64,000 bases of DNA. Origin: Candidatus Staskawiczbacteria bacterium (GTDB lineage: Bacteria > Patescibacteriota > Minisyncoccia > Minisyncoccales > Staskawiczbacteraceae). The notes under the pieces are model-generated. The model ran no database searches, was not told where the DNA came from, and saw only the letters and a list, made by a program, of their open reading frames with translations. Position 1 is the first letter of the stretch. Each line of letters opens with the position of its first letter. Positions 1 through 9,429 of this stretch are shown in pieces. Both the position numbers and the translations under genes were made by a program. Where the stretch lies: NCBI GenBank assembly GCA_016196125.1, contig JACPYG010000004.1, positions 138 through 64,137 on the forward strand. Reading direction: 5' to 3'.

Positions 1-1121
1 AACTGATCTGCATAGGGTGGTTGGTTTACAACAGGGTCTATTATACACTGGCTGTCGTTTTGGCACAGGTCAGCGCCACTCCCGGCAACGCATATACAAA
101 TATTTCCGCTGCATTCTTTATGATTGCCTATTGGACACGAAGTAATTATACACTGGCTGTCGTCTTGACACTGGTCAGGGGAAGCGCCGCCTACAACCAC
201 GCATTGTTGTTGGGCATTGCATTCGTTATGGAATGGCCAGCAATCAATATCGTTTAGGCACTGGTCATCGCCAAAATTATCTACAACCACGCATTGTTTT
301 TGGGTGTTGCATTCATTATGGGTATTATTTGAGCAATCGGCAGAGCTTTGGCACTGGTCGGGACCAACTCCATCAACAGATATGCATTGTTGCTGGGTAT
401 TACATTCATTATGGCTATTGTTTGCGCAATAATCGCAATCGGTGTCACTTAAACACTGGTCAGGGCCAAGACCGTTTATAACCACGCATTGTTGTTGAGC
501 GTTACACTCATTATGGGCATTGCTTACACAATTATCATCTGTCAGACACTGGTCAGAATCAATGCCGTCAACGATAATACATTGCTGTTGAGCATTGCAC
601 TCGTTGTGGGTATTGTTTGCGCAATCAGTGTCGCTTAGGCATTGGTCGGAGCCGGCTCCAGCAACAGATATGCACTGTTGTTGGTCGTTGCATTCACTAT
701 GGACTGCGCAATCAGTGTCGCTTAGGCATTGGTCGGAGCCGGCTCCGGCAACAGATATGCACTGTTGTTGGTCGTTGCATTCACTATGGACTGCGCAATC
801 AGTGTCGCTTAGGCATTGGTCGGAGCCAACGCCGTCCACAGTAGCGCATTGTTGTTGAGCGTTGCATTCGTTATGGGTGCCGCACGGACCATCGCAAATA
901 GTGGTAACTGTCGGGGGCTCGCATCCATCAACTCCGCATACTCCGGGATAATCTGTTGTAGTAGCGCACATAATATTATCAGAACAAACAGAATCTGAAG
1001 AAGTCCACGGCGGAGCGCAATCAGAATCAACACATTCTTGAGACATAACATTTATGGCTGTAAAAAAAATTGTACCCGCCAAAAATACAAATAAAAAAGC
1101 TGTTAAAGATTTTTTCATCAT
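1..1121 (-). CDS. secreted cysteine-rich tandem-repeat protein (5' part; 3' end lies beyond window start)
   Basis: Absent from the ORF track because no stop lies inside the window. My translation from ATGATG at 1121 gives MMKKSLTAFLFVFLAGTIFFTAINVMSQECVDSDC..., followed by at least 9 modules of type HNECNAQQQC-x10-C-x5-C. The frame stays open to base 1. Paralog of 1139..2899. Confidence 0.75.
   Translation of the reverse strand, partial: MMKKSLTAFLFVFLAGTIFFTAINVMSQECVDSDCAPPWTSSDSVCSDNIMCATTTDYPGVCGVDGCEPPTVTTICDGPCGTHNECNAQQQCATVDGVGSDQCLSDTDCAVHSECNDQQQCISVAGAGSDQCLSDTDCAVHSECNDQQQCISVAGAGSDQCLSDTDCANNTHNECNAQQQCIIVDGIDSDQCLTDDNCVSNAHNECNAQQQCVVINGLGPDQCLSDTDCDYCANNSHNECNTQQQCISVDGVGPDQCQSSADCSNNTHNECNTQKQCVVVDNFGDDQCLNDIDCWPFHNECNAQQQCVVVGGASPDQCQDDSQCIITSCPIGNHKECSGNICICVAGSGADLCQNDSQCIIDPVVNQPPYADQ
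621..830. repeat. 87-bp coding tandem repeat, about 2.4 units (units start at 621, 708, 795)
   Basis: Units 621-707 and 708-794 differ at one base (ggctccAgc vs ggctccGgc). Each encodes a 29-aa module DCAVHSECNDQQQCISVAGAGSDQCLSDT. Confidence 0.9.
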
Positions 1122-1138
1122 AAAATTAAATTTACCTT

Positions 1139-2899
1139 TTATAGCAAAGGACACATTGCGCAATCATTATCGTTTAAACATTGGTCAGGGCCAAGACCGG
1201 AAACTGATACACATTGCTGTTGAGCATTGCACTCGTTGTGGGTATTGTTTGCGCAATCATTATCGTTTAAACATTGGTCAGGGCCAAGACCGGAAACTGA
1301 TACACATTGCTGTTGAGCATTGCACTCGTTGTGGGTATTGTTTGCGCAATCAACATCGCTTGAGCACTGGTCAGAATCAATGCCGTCTACAGCAACACAT
1401 TGTTGTTGGTCGCTGCATTCATTATGGGTGTTATTCGCGCAATTGCTATTGTTTTGGCACTGGTCGGGGCCAGCTCCGGCAACGGATAAACATTGTTGTT
1501 GAGTATTGCATTCATTATGGTTATTGTTTGCGCAATCAGTGTCGTTTTGACATTGGTTGGGACCAGCCCCGGCAACAAACAGACACTGCTGTTGAGTGTT
1601 GCATATGCTATGGGTACTATTATCACAAATTCCCCATTGGCCGATAGCGTCACAAGTTTGAGTGCCACCGTCAGGACAAGGTTGAGCGCTTCCGGGAGCG
1701 CAAATTACCGGAGCGCTGCATGTGCCATCCACACAGACTTGGTCACCAATACAATCTGTACTTATTGTACAGGGACCGCCGCCACCATCGGTACATGCGC
1801 CATCCACACAAACTTGGTTGCCGGTACAATTGGAACTATCGGTACAAGCGCCACCGCCTCCACATGTACCGTTCACACAAACCTGGCCACCGCTACAATT
1901 GGAACTATCGGTACAAGGGCCGCCACCGTCAGTGCATGTGCCATCCACGCAAACCTGGCCACTGGTACAATTGGAACTATCGGTACAAGGGCCGCCGCCG
2001 ACGGTAGTACATGTGCTATCTATACAAACTTGGCCACCGCTACAATTGGAACTATCGGTACAAGGGCCGCCACCTCCGCCGCCTCCGCCGCCATCGGTAC
2101 ACGCTCCGTCGCAAACAAGACTGACCGTCGGAGGCACGCAAGCGCCAGCGGAGCCATCGGGTGCGCTGGAACACATTCCAGGATAATGTACCGTGAGAGT
2201 ACACATAATATTATTAGAACAATAAGAATCTGAAGTGTCTTGTGGCGGACCGCAGTCAAACACACCTTGCCAGTATGAATTTGTTGGTTGACACTGGGCG
2301 CCAGTAAGAATGTCATCAGAACACCCATAACACTGCCATTTTTGTTCTATTATACTGCCGCTACATCTCGTTTCGGCAGTTGGCAAACACCCTCCGCAAT
2401 CTTCAACAAAATCCTGATTTGTTTCTACCGTGCATTCAGGCCGATATTCAGGCCCGGCGCAATTTCCAAATGTTATATCTCTATATATGCTATCGCCAAC
2501 GCAATACCCGGGACCCACATTCGGTGGTTGCGGTGGGCATTGCTCAAGCACAGAATCAACGCCCGGTTTAACATAACAAAAACCGATGCCATTAGCATCT
2601 TCACTGCACGCTTCCTCATAGTAAATTTCTTCAACATTACAAACATAACCAGCGCAAACGCAACTGTAGGCGTATGCATCGGGGCAGGGCGATGCGGATT
2701 CCACAGCAGAACAAAAGCCGCCCACACATTGACCGCTATAAATTATTCGACTCTTTTCGTCAGAACACGCTCCTACGCCATCCATCCACGTACAATCAGA
2801 ATCATTTACACAAGGTTGTTGCGCATCAACATTAGCCGGGAAAAAGATTGTTCCCGCCAAAAGTACAAACAAAAAAATTATTAAAGATTTTTTCACCAT
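1139..2899 (-). CDS. secreted cysteine-rich tandem-repeat protein (586 aa)
   Basis: ORF track. N-terminus MVKKSLIIFLFVLLAGTIFFPANVDAQQ looks like a signal peptide. Six modules of type GGPCTDSSNCSGGQVCVDGTCTD are followed by six 31-aa modules NNTHNECNAQQQCVSVSGLGPDQCLNDNDCA. I recognise no enzymatic motif. Confidence 0.8.
   Translation of the reverse strand: MVKKSLIIFLFVLLAGTIFFPANVDAQQPCVNDSDCTWMDGVGACSDEKSRIIYSGQCVGGFCSAVESASPCPDAYAYSCVCAGYVCNVEEIYYEEACSEDANGIGFCYVKPGVDSVLEQCPPQPPNVGPGYCVGDSIYRDITFGNCAGPEYRPECTVETNQDFVEDCGGCLPTAETRCSGSIIEQKWQCYGCSDDILTGAQCQPTNSYWQGVFDCGPPQDTSDSYCSNNIMCTLTVHYPGMCSSAPDGSAGACVPPTVSLVCDGACTDGGGGGGGGGPCTDSSNCSGGQVCIDSTCTTVGGGPCTDSSNCTSGQVCVDGTCTDGGGPCTDSSNCSGGQVCVNGTCGGGGACTDSSNCTGNQVCVDGACTDGGGGPCTISTDCIGDQVCVDGTCSAPVICAPGSAQPCPDGGTQTCDAIGQWGICDNSTHSICNTQQQCLFVAGAGPNQCQNDTDCANNNHNECNTQQQCLSVAGAGPDQCQNNSNCANNTHNECSDQQQCVAVDGIDSDQCSSDVDCANNTHNECNAQQQCVSVSGLGPDQCLNDNDCANNTHNECNAQQQCVSVSGLGPDQCLNDNDCAMCPLL
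1158..1343. repeat. perfect 93-bp coding tandem duplication (1158-1250 equals 1251-1343)
   Basis: The string gcgcaatcattatcgtttaaacattggtcagggccaagaccggaaactgatacacattgctgttgagcattgcactcgttgtgggtattgttt occurs twice back to back. Confidence 0.9.
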
Positions 2900-2916
2900 A
2901 AAAGGTTTATTATGGC

Positions 2917-3336
2917 CTAAAGATTATTTTTGTTTGACAAAAGAATTAAGGCCGATTGGCCCTGTATTTGGCCGTCCGGCAAAAGTTTTATAGTTATATT
3001 CAAATTATCTCCAATTTTTATTTCTCTTAAGTCAACTTTTTTTTGGACTGGTTTTCCTGCGCTGTCATTGACAAATGAATAAACCGGACTGTTTGCTGCC
3101 ATGCTAATTTTTATACTGTCGCCATTATAAGCCAAAGTAATATCTCTGCCTTCTATTTTAGAAACTTTGCCATAAGCGACAGTTGAAAGCACTGTTTTTG
3201 AACTTAGAGCTTTCATTATTGCCGCTGTTTTTTCTATTTGAGGCGATACTTGCAGTGTTTTATACCAAAAACCTGCGCCTGCGCCCAAAATCAAACAAAG
3301 CAATCCTACTAAAACTATTAAAATTATTTTATTCAC
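2917..3336 (-). CDS. hypothetical membrane-anchored protein (139 aa, GTG start)
   Basis: ORF track. Single N-terminal hydrophobic helix IILIVLVGLLCLILGAGAG. It lies first in the same-strand run with the two Cys-rich genes. Confidence 0.55.
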   Translation of the reverse strand: MNKIILIVLVGLLCLILGAGAGFWYKTLQVSPQIEKTAAIMKALSSKTVLSTVAYGKVSKIEGRDITLAYNGDSIKISMAANSPVYSFVNDSAGKPVQKKVDLREIKIGDNLNITIKLLPDGQIQGQSALILLSNKNNL

Positions 3337-3434
3337 CCCGTTAGAGGTTTGTCTTTATATAACTAAAATAGTCAATTTCAGACAACCACATTATTTTATT
3401 ATAATCCCCCGTTTTTTTAATAGCTCTAACGGGG
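3336..3434. repeat. inverted repeat, CCCCGTTAGA family, copy a (arms 3336-3346 and 3424-3434)
   Basis: ccccgttagag and ctctaacgggg form an 11-bp perfect inverted repeat with a 77-nt spacer. In mRNA sense the 3' arm ends on the G of the GTG start at 3336. Confidence 0.8.
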
Positions 3435-3530
3435 CCCATAATTTTATTATATTTTTATTTATTTAATCTACTATATTTTGTTATTTTACCTTTTCTAAAT
3501 TTCAAAAACAAATGTCAAGCTGTGCATAAC

Positions 3531-4199
3531 TCAAAATAATTTAATCGGGTAAAAACTTTTTCTGTGGATTTTACAATATCCGTATTTTTTTATCATTTTA
3601 AAATGATGATTTGTGCCATATCCTTTATGCTTATCAAAACAGTATTCTGGATATTTTTTATGAAATTTTTGCATTATTTCGTCCCTTGTCACCTTGGCAA
3701 AAATTGAAGCCAAAGCGCAGGAAAAAACTTTTTGATCGGCTTTAATTATTGATTTTTGAACCAAATTAATATTTAACTTCATATTTCCGTCAATAATTAA
3801 AACAAATTGCATGCCTGTTTCCGCTCTGACTAATTTTTTTTCCAGGTCTTTAACGGCTTTTATCATCGCCAATTTTGTTGCTTCCAAAATATTAATTTTA
3901 TCTATTATCTTTTCTGAAACAACGCCTATCCCCCATTCTATATCTGGATTTTTTTTAAAATAATTATAAATTTCTTCTCTTTTTTTTGGCGTTAATTTTT
4001 TTGAATCTTGAACCCCGGAATGTTTAGCTTTGACAAACTTAAACATCACCGCCCCAGCCACGACAGGTCCGGCCAAAGGTCCTCTCCCTGCTTCGTCTAT
4101 TCCTATGACAAGTTTAAGCCCTTTTTTCCAAAATTTTTTTTCTTCGTTAAAATTTGGATAATTTACCCCGTTAGAAATTTTTTTCCGCCTTATATTCAT
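3531..4199 (-). CDS. rnhB: ribonuclease HII
   Basis: GIDEAGRGPLAGPVVAGAV catalytic motif, length 222 aa. Confidence 0.9.
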   Translation of the reverse strand: MNIRRKKISNGVNYPNFNEEKKFWKKGLKLVIGIDEAGRGPLAGPVVAGAVMFKFVKAKHSGVQDSKKLTPKKREEIYNYFKKNPDIEWGIGVVSEKIIDKINILEATKLAMIKAVKDLEKKLVRAETGMQFVLIIDGNMKLNINLVQKSIIKADQKVFSCALASIFAKVTRDEIMQKFHKKYPEYCFDKHKGYGTNHHFKMIKKYGYCKIHRKSFYPIKLF

Positions 4200-4246
4200 A
4201 GTTCAAGCCACCCATTAGCAATTAAAATCTGTATTTCTAACGGGGT
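4165..4246. repeat. inverted repeat, CCCCGTTAGA family, copy b (arms 4165-4178 and 4233-4246)
   Basis: accccgttagaaat and atttctaacggggt form a 14-bp perfect inverted repeat with a 54-nt spacer. One arm is in the rnhB 5' UTR and the other lies in codons 8-13 (KISNGV). The start codon at 4199 sits in the loop. Confidence 0.8.
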
Positions 4247-4302
4247 TCATTGCTTGATTTTACCACCACAAAAGGTAAAATGACATATGATAAAATAACT
4301 AT

Positions 4303-7300
4303 ATGAAGTTTACTCATTTACATGTTCATAGTCATTATAGTTTGCTTGACGGCCTGCCGAAAATAGACGAACTTTTGGATTATGTAAAAGAATTGGGAAT
4401 GGATTCTGTGGCATTAACGGACCATGGTGTGATGTATGGCGCTGTTGAATTTTATAAAAAAGCTTGCGCCCGCGGAATAAAACCAATAATTGGCTGTGAA
4501 GTTTATGTCGCTTTTGAGGGAAGGCAAGACAAGAGAGCAAATATAGATTCAAAAAGCTATCATATGATTTTACTTGTAAAAAACGAAGTGGGGTATAAAA
4601 ATCTTGTAAAACTTGTAACAAAAGCGCAATTGGAAGGATTCTATTACAAAGCAAGAATTGATGAGGAAATCTTGCAACAGCACACAGAAGGCCTTATTGG
4701 CACTTCGGCCTGTTTGAACGGAAAAATTCCAAGAATGCTTTTATCAAATAAAAATGACGAAGCAGAGGAGACAGCAAAAAAATATGAAGGATGGTTTGGG
4801 GAAGGAAACTTTTATTTAGAAATACAAGACCATAAAAATATTCCGGAACAAGCAACTGTAAATAAAAAAATTATTGCCCTGTCAAAAAAAACCGGTATAC
4901 CTCTTGTGGCAACTAACGATGCTCATTATTTGAGGCCTGATGATGCGGAAGCGCAAGATATTTTGATGTTGATAAATACGGGAGCTGACGCCTTGGATCC
5001 GGAAAGGCTTTCTTTAAAATCAGACGATTTTTCAATGAGAAAACCTGAAGAAATGGCAGAACTGTTCAAAGATAATCCGGAAGCCATTGAAAATACGCAA
5101 AAAATTGTTGAGTCATGCAATTTTAATTTTGAATTGGGAAAAATATTATTCCCTAACTTTCCTGTTCCGGCAAATAAAACCGCTGAACAATTTTTAGAGG
5201 ATTTATGCCAACAGGGATTAAAAAATAGATTCGGGGAAAACCCTGACCCAAAAATAATTGAAAGGTTAAAATACGAACTCTCTATTATTAAAAAAACCGA
5301 TTTTGCCGGATATCTTTTAATTGTGCAGGATTTTGTCAATTGGGCAAAACAAAATCGAATAATTGTTGGGCCAGGCAGAGGTTCGGCCGGCGGTTCTTTA
5401 GTGGCATATCTTACGGGAATCACTAATATTGACCCTCTAAAACACGACCTGCTTTTTGAGCGATTTTTAAATCCAGAAAGAATATCAATGCCTGATATTG
5501 ATTTGGATTTTGCAGACAGGCGAAGAGACGAAGTTATAAGATATGTGGCTCAAAAATACGGACAAGATCACGTTGCTCAAATTATCACTTTTGGAACAAT
5601 GGCGGCAAGGGCGGTAATAAGAGACGTGGGCAGGGCTTTGGGATACGCGTATGGCTATTGCGATAAAATGGCAAAAATAATACCTGTTGGAATGGATCTT
5701 GCGGAAACTCTGGAAAAAGTATCAGAATTTAAAGATTTATACGAATCCGATGCGCAAGCAAAAAAACTGATTGATTTGGGAAAAAAACTCGAAGGCGTGG
5801 CTCGCCATGCTTCAACTCACGCCTGCGGTGTTGTGATATCGGCTGATCCGTTAACAGATTCTGTGCCGCTGCAAAGGCCAACTCAAGAAAACGGAAATGT
5901 TATTACTCAATATGAAATGCATAGCATTGAGGATTTGGGCCTTTTAAAAATGGATTTTTTAGGTTTAAAAAACCTGACTATTATTGAAGATACTCTGGCC
6001 AGAATTTATGTTATTCACAATGACTTAAAAATTGACATTGAAAATGTTCCCTTAGACGATAAATTGGCCTACAAACTGCTGCAAAACGCCTTAACAACAT
6101 CTGTATTTCAAATGGAAAGCGACGGTTTTAAAAGATATTTAAAAGAATTAAAACCAACCGTCTTTGAAGATTTAATTGCTATGGTGGCTTTATATAGGCC
6201 TGGTCCAATGCAGTTTATACCTGATTATATTAAAAGAAAACACGGCAAACAAAAAATAGAATATTTGCACCCAAAACTAGAACCAATTTTAAAAGCAACC
6301 CAGGGTATTTGCATTTATCAAGAGCAATTAATGAGAATCGCCCAGGAACTGTGCGGATTCACATTGGGAGAAGCAGATGTTTTGAGAAAAGCTGTCGGTA
6401 AAAAAATAAAAGAACTAATTGATGCCCAAAAGGAAAAATTCATAACGGGAGCCGTAAAAAATGGCGTTGATAAAAAAATAGCGGTAGAAATATGGGAATG
6501 GATTTTGCCTTTTGCCTCGTATGGTTTTAATAGAAGCCACAGCGCCGCTTATGCAATGATATCCTACCAAACTGCTTACTTAAAATCTCACTACCCCGTT
6601 GAGTTTATGGCATCGGTTTTAACTTCCGAAAAAGCCGATGTTGAAAGAATTGCCTTTTTAATTGACGAGTGCAAAAAAATGGATGTTGAAGTTTTGCCGC
6701 CAAACATAAATGAAAGTTTAAAAAACTTTACGGTTGTGCCAAACCAGAAAAAAATCAGATTTGGATTTTTGGCAATTAAAAATGTTGGCACCAATATAAT
6801 AGATGCAATTGTCCAAGAAAGAAAAACCAGCGGTCCGTTTAAATCTATCGGCGACTTTATACATAGGGTGCAATCAAAAGATTTGAATAAAAAATCAATG
6901 GAAGCTTTAATAAAGGCCGGCGCTTTTGACAGTTTGGCCGAAAGAAATCAACTTTTAACCAACTTGGAAAAACTGCTTGAGATTTCAAGAGAAAATAATA
7001 AATCACGCCAAACTAACCAAATGGGCTTGTTCTCGTCAATAAAAATAAGCAATAATGATATAAAACTCCAAGAAACCGCTCCAGCCAGTAATTTTGAAAG
7101 GCTAAACTGGGAAAAAGAGCTTTTGGGCCTTTATGTCAGTTCGCACCCGCTGGACGATTTTCGCAAGATTTTTGAAACGAGAACAACCGCCATAAGTAAA
7201 ATCGACGATACATGGGTTAATAAAAAAGTAACAATTGGAGGAATTATTTCCAGTATCAAAAAAATTATCACTAAAAATGGAAAGCCAATGCTATTTATGA

Positions 7301-7482
7301 AACTCGAAGATTTGACTGCCAAAACAGAAATTGTTGTTTTTACATCATTATTAGAAAGAAACCCGATTGCTTTGCAAGAAAACAAAATTGTTTTTGTGGC
7401 GGGCCGTGTTGACGACCGCAATGGAGAAATAAAAATAGTAGCCGACGATGTAAGAGAAATAATAACGGTAAATCAAGCGTAA
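4303..7482 (+). CDS. dnaE: DNA polymerase III alpha subunit
   Basis: PHP-domain N-terminus MKFTHLHVHSHYSLLDG, GPGRGSAGGSLVAY, FNRSHSAAYA motifs, 1059 aa. Confidence 0.95.
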   Translation: MKFTHLHVHSHYSLLDGLPKIDELLDYVKELGMDSVALTDHGVMYGAVEFYKKACARGIKPIIGCEVYVAFEGRQDKRANIDSKSYHMILLVKNEVGYKNLVKLVTKAQLEGFYYKARIDEEILQQHTEGLIGTSACLNGKIPRMLLSNKNDEAEETAKKYEGWFGEGNFYLEIQDHKNIPEQATVNKKIIALSKKTGIPLVATNDAHYLRPDDAEAQDILMLINTGADALDPERLSLKSDDFSMRKPEEMAELFKDNPEAIENTQKIVESCNFNFELGKILFPNFPVPANKTAEQFLEDLCQQGLKNRFGENPDPKIIERLKYELSIIKKTDFAGYLLIVQDFVNWAKQNRIIVGPGRGSAGGSLVAYLTGITNIDPLKHDLLFERFLNPERISMPDIDLDFADRRRDEVIRYVAQKYGQDHVAQIITFGTMAARAVIRDVGRALGYAYGYCDKMAKIIPVGMDLAETLEKVSEFKDLYESDAQAKKLIDLGKKLEGVARHASTHACGVVISADPLTDSVPLQRPTQENGNVITQYEMHSIEDLGLLKMDFLGLKNLTIIEDTLARIYVIHNDLKIDIENVPLDDKLAYKLLQNALTTSVFQMESDGFKRYLKELKPTVFEDLIAMVALYRPGPMQFIPDYIKRKHGKQKIEYLHPKLEPILKATQGICIYQEQLMRIAQELCGFTLGEADVLRKAVGKKIKELIDAQKEKFITGAVKNGVDKKIAVEIWEWILPFASYGFNRSHSAAYAMISYQTAYLKSHYPVEFMASVLTSEKADVERIAFLIDECKKMDVEVLPPNINESLKNFTVVPNQKKIRFGFLAIKNVGTNIIDAIVQERKTSGPFKSIGDFIHRVQSKDLNKKSMEALIKAGAFDSLAERNQLLTNLEKLLEISRENNKSRQTNQMGLFSSIKISNNDIKLQETAPASNFERLNWEKELLGLYVSSHPLDDFRKIFETRTTAISKIDDTWVNKKVTIGGIISSIKKIITKNGKPMLFMKLEDLTAKTEIVVFTSLLERNPIALQENKIVFVAGRVDDRNGEIKIVADDVREIITVNQA

Positions 7483-7533
7483 TTGCCTTCTTTCATATAT
7501 AAAAGAAGTATAATTATTAAAAATTATAATACT

Positions 7534-9273
7534 ATGGAACAAATAGAAAAAATTAGGCATTCGTTGGCGCATATAATGGCGCAAGCCATTTTGGATTTTT
7601 GGCCTAAAACAAAATTAGGCATTGGCCCTGCAATTGAAAACGGGTTTTATTACGATATGGCTTTGCCCGCCGAAGCCCTTGGCGAAGGCGGGAATGAGGA
7701 ATTTCTCAAAAAAATCGAAGTACGAATGAAAGAACTGATAAAAGAAAATCAAAAATTTATCGGGAAAAAAGTAGCTAAAATTACAGCAAAAAGATTATTT
7801 AAAAATCAGCCATATAAATTAGAATTAATAAAAGAATTGCCGGGAAAAACCGTTGGAACTTACCAAAACGGAAATTTTTTAGATTTATGCAAAGGAGGCC
7901 ATATTTTAAACACAAAAGAAATTAGGCCAAATGCTTTCAAACTTACGAAAATTGCAGGGGCTTATTGGAAAGGCAGTGAAAAGAATAAAATGTTGACCCG
8001 TATTTATGGTTTAGCTTTTCAAACTGAAAAAGAACTGCAAGATTTTATAAAAATGCAAGAAGAGGCAGAAAAAAGAAACCATAGAATATTGGGACAAAAA
8101 TTAGATCTTTTTATTTTTTCTGATTTAGTGGGGCAGGGCTTGCCTTTATTTACTCCCAAGGGCACCATATTAAGAGATTTATTAGATTCTTATGTTTGGG
8201 AACTGCGCCGGGCAAAGGGCTATGAAAAAGTAGACATACCTCATATAACCAAAAAAGAACTTTATGAAACCAGCGGCCACTGGGATAAATTTAAAGACGA
8301 ACTTTTTAAAATAAATACCCGAGAAGGCCATGTTTTTGCCCTAAAGCCGATGAATTGCCCTCATCACATACAGATATTTTCCCGCAAAAAATGGAGCTAT
8401 CGCGAACTTCCGCAAAGATACGCATCTACAACCAAAATTTATAGAGATGAGCAAACAGGAGAACTTTTCGGATTATCAAGAGTGCGCTCTATCACTCAAG
8501 ATGACGCTCATGTATTTTGTAAATTTGAAGATATAGAAAACGAATTTTACAATGTGTGGGATATTATAGATAATTTCTATGGAACATTTGGATTTAAACT
8601 CAAAGTACGATTATCTTTAAGAGATCCTAAAACTCCAGAAAAATATCACAGTCTGCCGGAATATTGGGATCGGGCCGAAGAAATGCTAAGAAACATTATT
8701 AAAAAAAGAGAAATAATAAACAGTGAAGCTAAGGGCGAAGCGGCATTTTATGGCCCCAAAATAGATTTTATTGCCACTGATTCAATAGGACGAGAATGGC
8801 AAGTTGGAACAATTCAGCTGGATTTTGTGCAACCCAAAAAATTTAAACTTTATTATGCTTCAGACAAAGGAGAAGAACCTGTCGTAATTATTCATACCGC
8901 CATTATGGGTTCTATCGAAAGATTTTTGTCTATTTTAATAGAACATTACTCAGGAGCTTTTCCGGTTTGGCTTTCTCCGGTGCAAGTTTGCGTAGTTCCA
9001 ATTTCAGAAAAACATTTAGAATACGCCAATAAAATTAAGAAAGATTTAGAGAATAAAAATATACGCGCAGAATTAAAAAACGAAAATGAAACTTTGGGCA
9101 AAAAAATAAGAGAGGCTGAAATACAGCGCATCCCCTACCTTTTGATTATTGGCGATAAAGAAATACAAGCGCAATCAGTAAGCGTAAGGCAAAGAGACAA
9201 AGGAGACGTTGGAATTATAAATTTAGAAAAATTTATAGAAAAAATCACAGAAGAAATAACAAAAAAAATTTAA
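7534..9273 (+). CDS. thrS: threonyl-tRNA synthetase (no TGS domain)
   Basis: IRHSLAHIMAQA (editing/SAD HxxxH), class II motifs RDEQTGELFGLSRVRSITQDDAHVF and GSIERF. I prefer the ATG at 7534 (MEQIEK) over the TTG at 7483 used by the track. Confidence 0.9.
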   Translation: MEQIEKIRHSLAHIMAQAILDFWPKTKLGIGPAIENGFYYDMALPAEALGEGGNEEFLKKIEVRMKELIKENQKFIGKKVAKITAKRLFKNQPYKLELIKELPGKTVGTYQNGNFLDLCKGGHILNTKEIRPNAFKLTKIAGAYWKGSEKNKMLTRIYGLAFQTEKELQDFIKMQEEAEKRNHRILGQKLDLFIFSDLVGQGLPLFTPKGTILRDLLDSYVWELRRAKGYEKVDIPHITKKELYETSGHWDKFKDELFKINTREGHVFALKPMNCPHHIQIFSRKKWSYRELPQRYASTTKIYRDEQTGELFGLSRVRSITQDDAHVFCKFEDIENEFYNVWDIIDNFYGTFGFKLKVRLSLRDPKTPEKYHSLPEYWDRAEEMLRNIIKKREIINSEAKGEAAFYGPKIDFIATDSIGREWQVGTIQLDFVQPKKFKLYYASDKGEEPVVIIHTAIMGSIERFLSILIEHYSGAFPVWLSPVQVCVVPISEKHLEYANKIKKDLENKNIRAELKNENETLGKKIREAEIQRIPYLLIIGDKEIQAQSVSVRQRDKGDVGIINLEKFIEKITEEITKKI

Positions 9274-9281
9274 AACTATAA

Positions 9282-9419
9282 AGGCGGAAATAAGATATTT
9301 TTCAATTCGGGCTCGGGTCGCGAGAGTTTCCCGCTTTGCGGGAGCTCCCGACCTAGGCCGTGGGTTTGCCTGCCGGCAGGCAGGCAGGGCGGACGTTGAA
9401 AAATATCTTATTTCCGCCT
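9282..9419. mobile_element. MITE-like element with 24-bp terminal inverted repeats around a GC-rich palindromic core
   Basis: aggcggaaataagatatttttcaa (9282-9305) is the exact reverse complement of ttgaaaaatatcttatttccgcct (9396-9419). The core contains tcccgctttgcggga, cgggagctcccg and gcctgccggcaggc. Flanking direct repeat aaaactat occurs at 9272-9279 and 9420-9427. Confidence 0.6.
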
Positions 9420-9429
9420 AAAACTATCT

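Noticed and set aside
621-2100. Possible CRISPR array suggested by regularly spaced 87/93/69-bp repeats.
   Set aside because: The repeats are contiguous with no unique spacers. They are in frame and encode Cys-rich protein modules. No cas genes are nearby.
21-2884. Many plus-strand ORFs (60-246 aa) across the first 2.9 kb, several with their own internal repeats.
   Set aside because: They are antisense shadows of the two minus-strand Cys-rich repeat genes. The repeats and the elevated GC keep alternative frames open. They lack signal peptides, start context and recognisable motifs.
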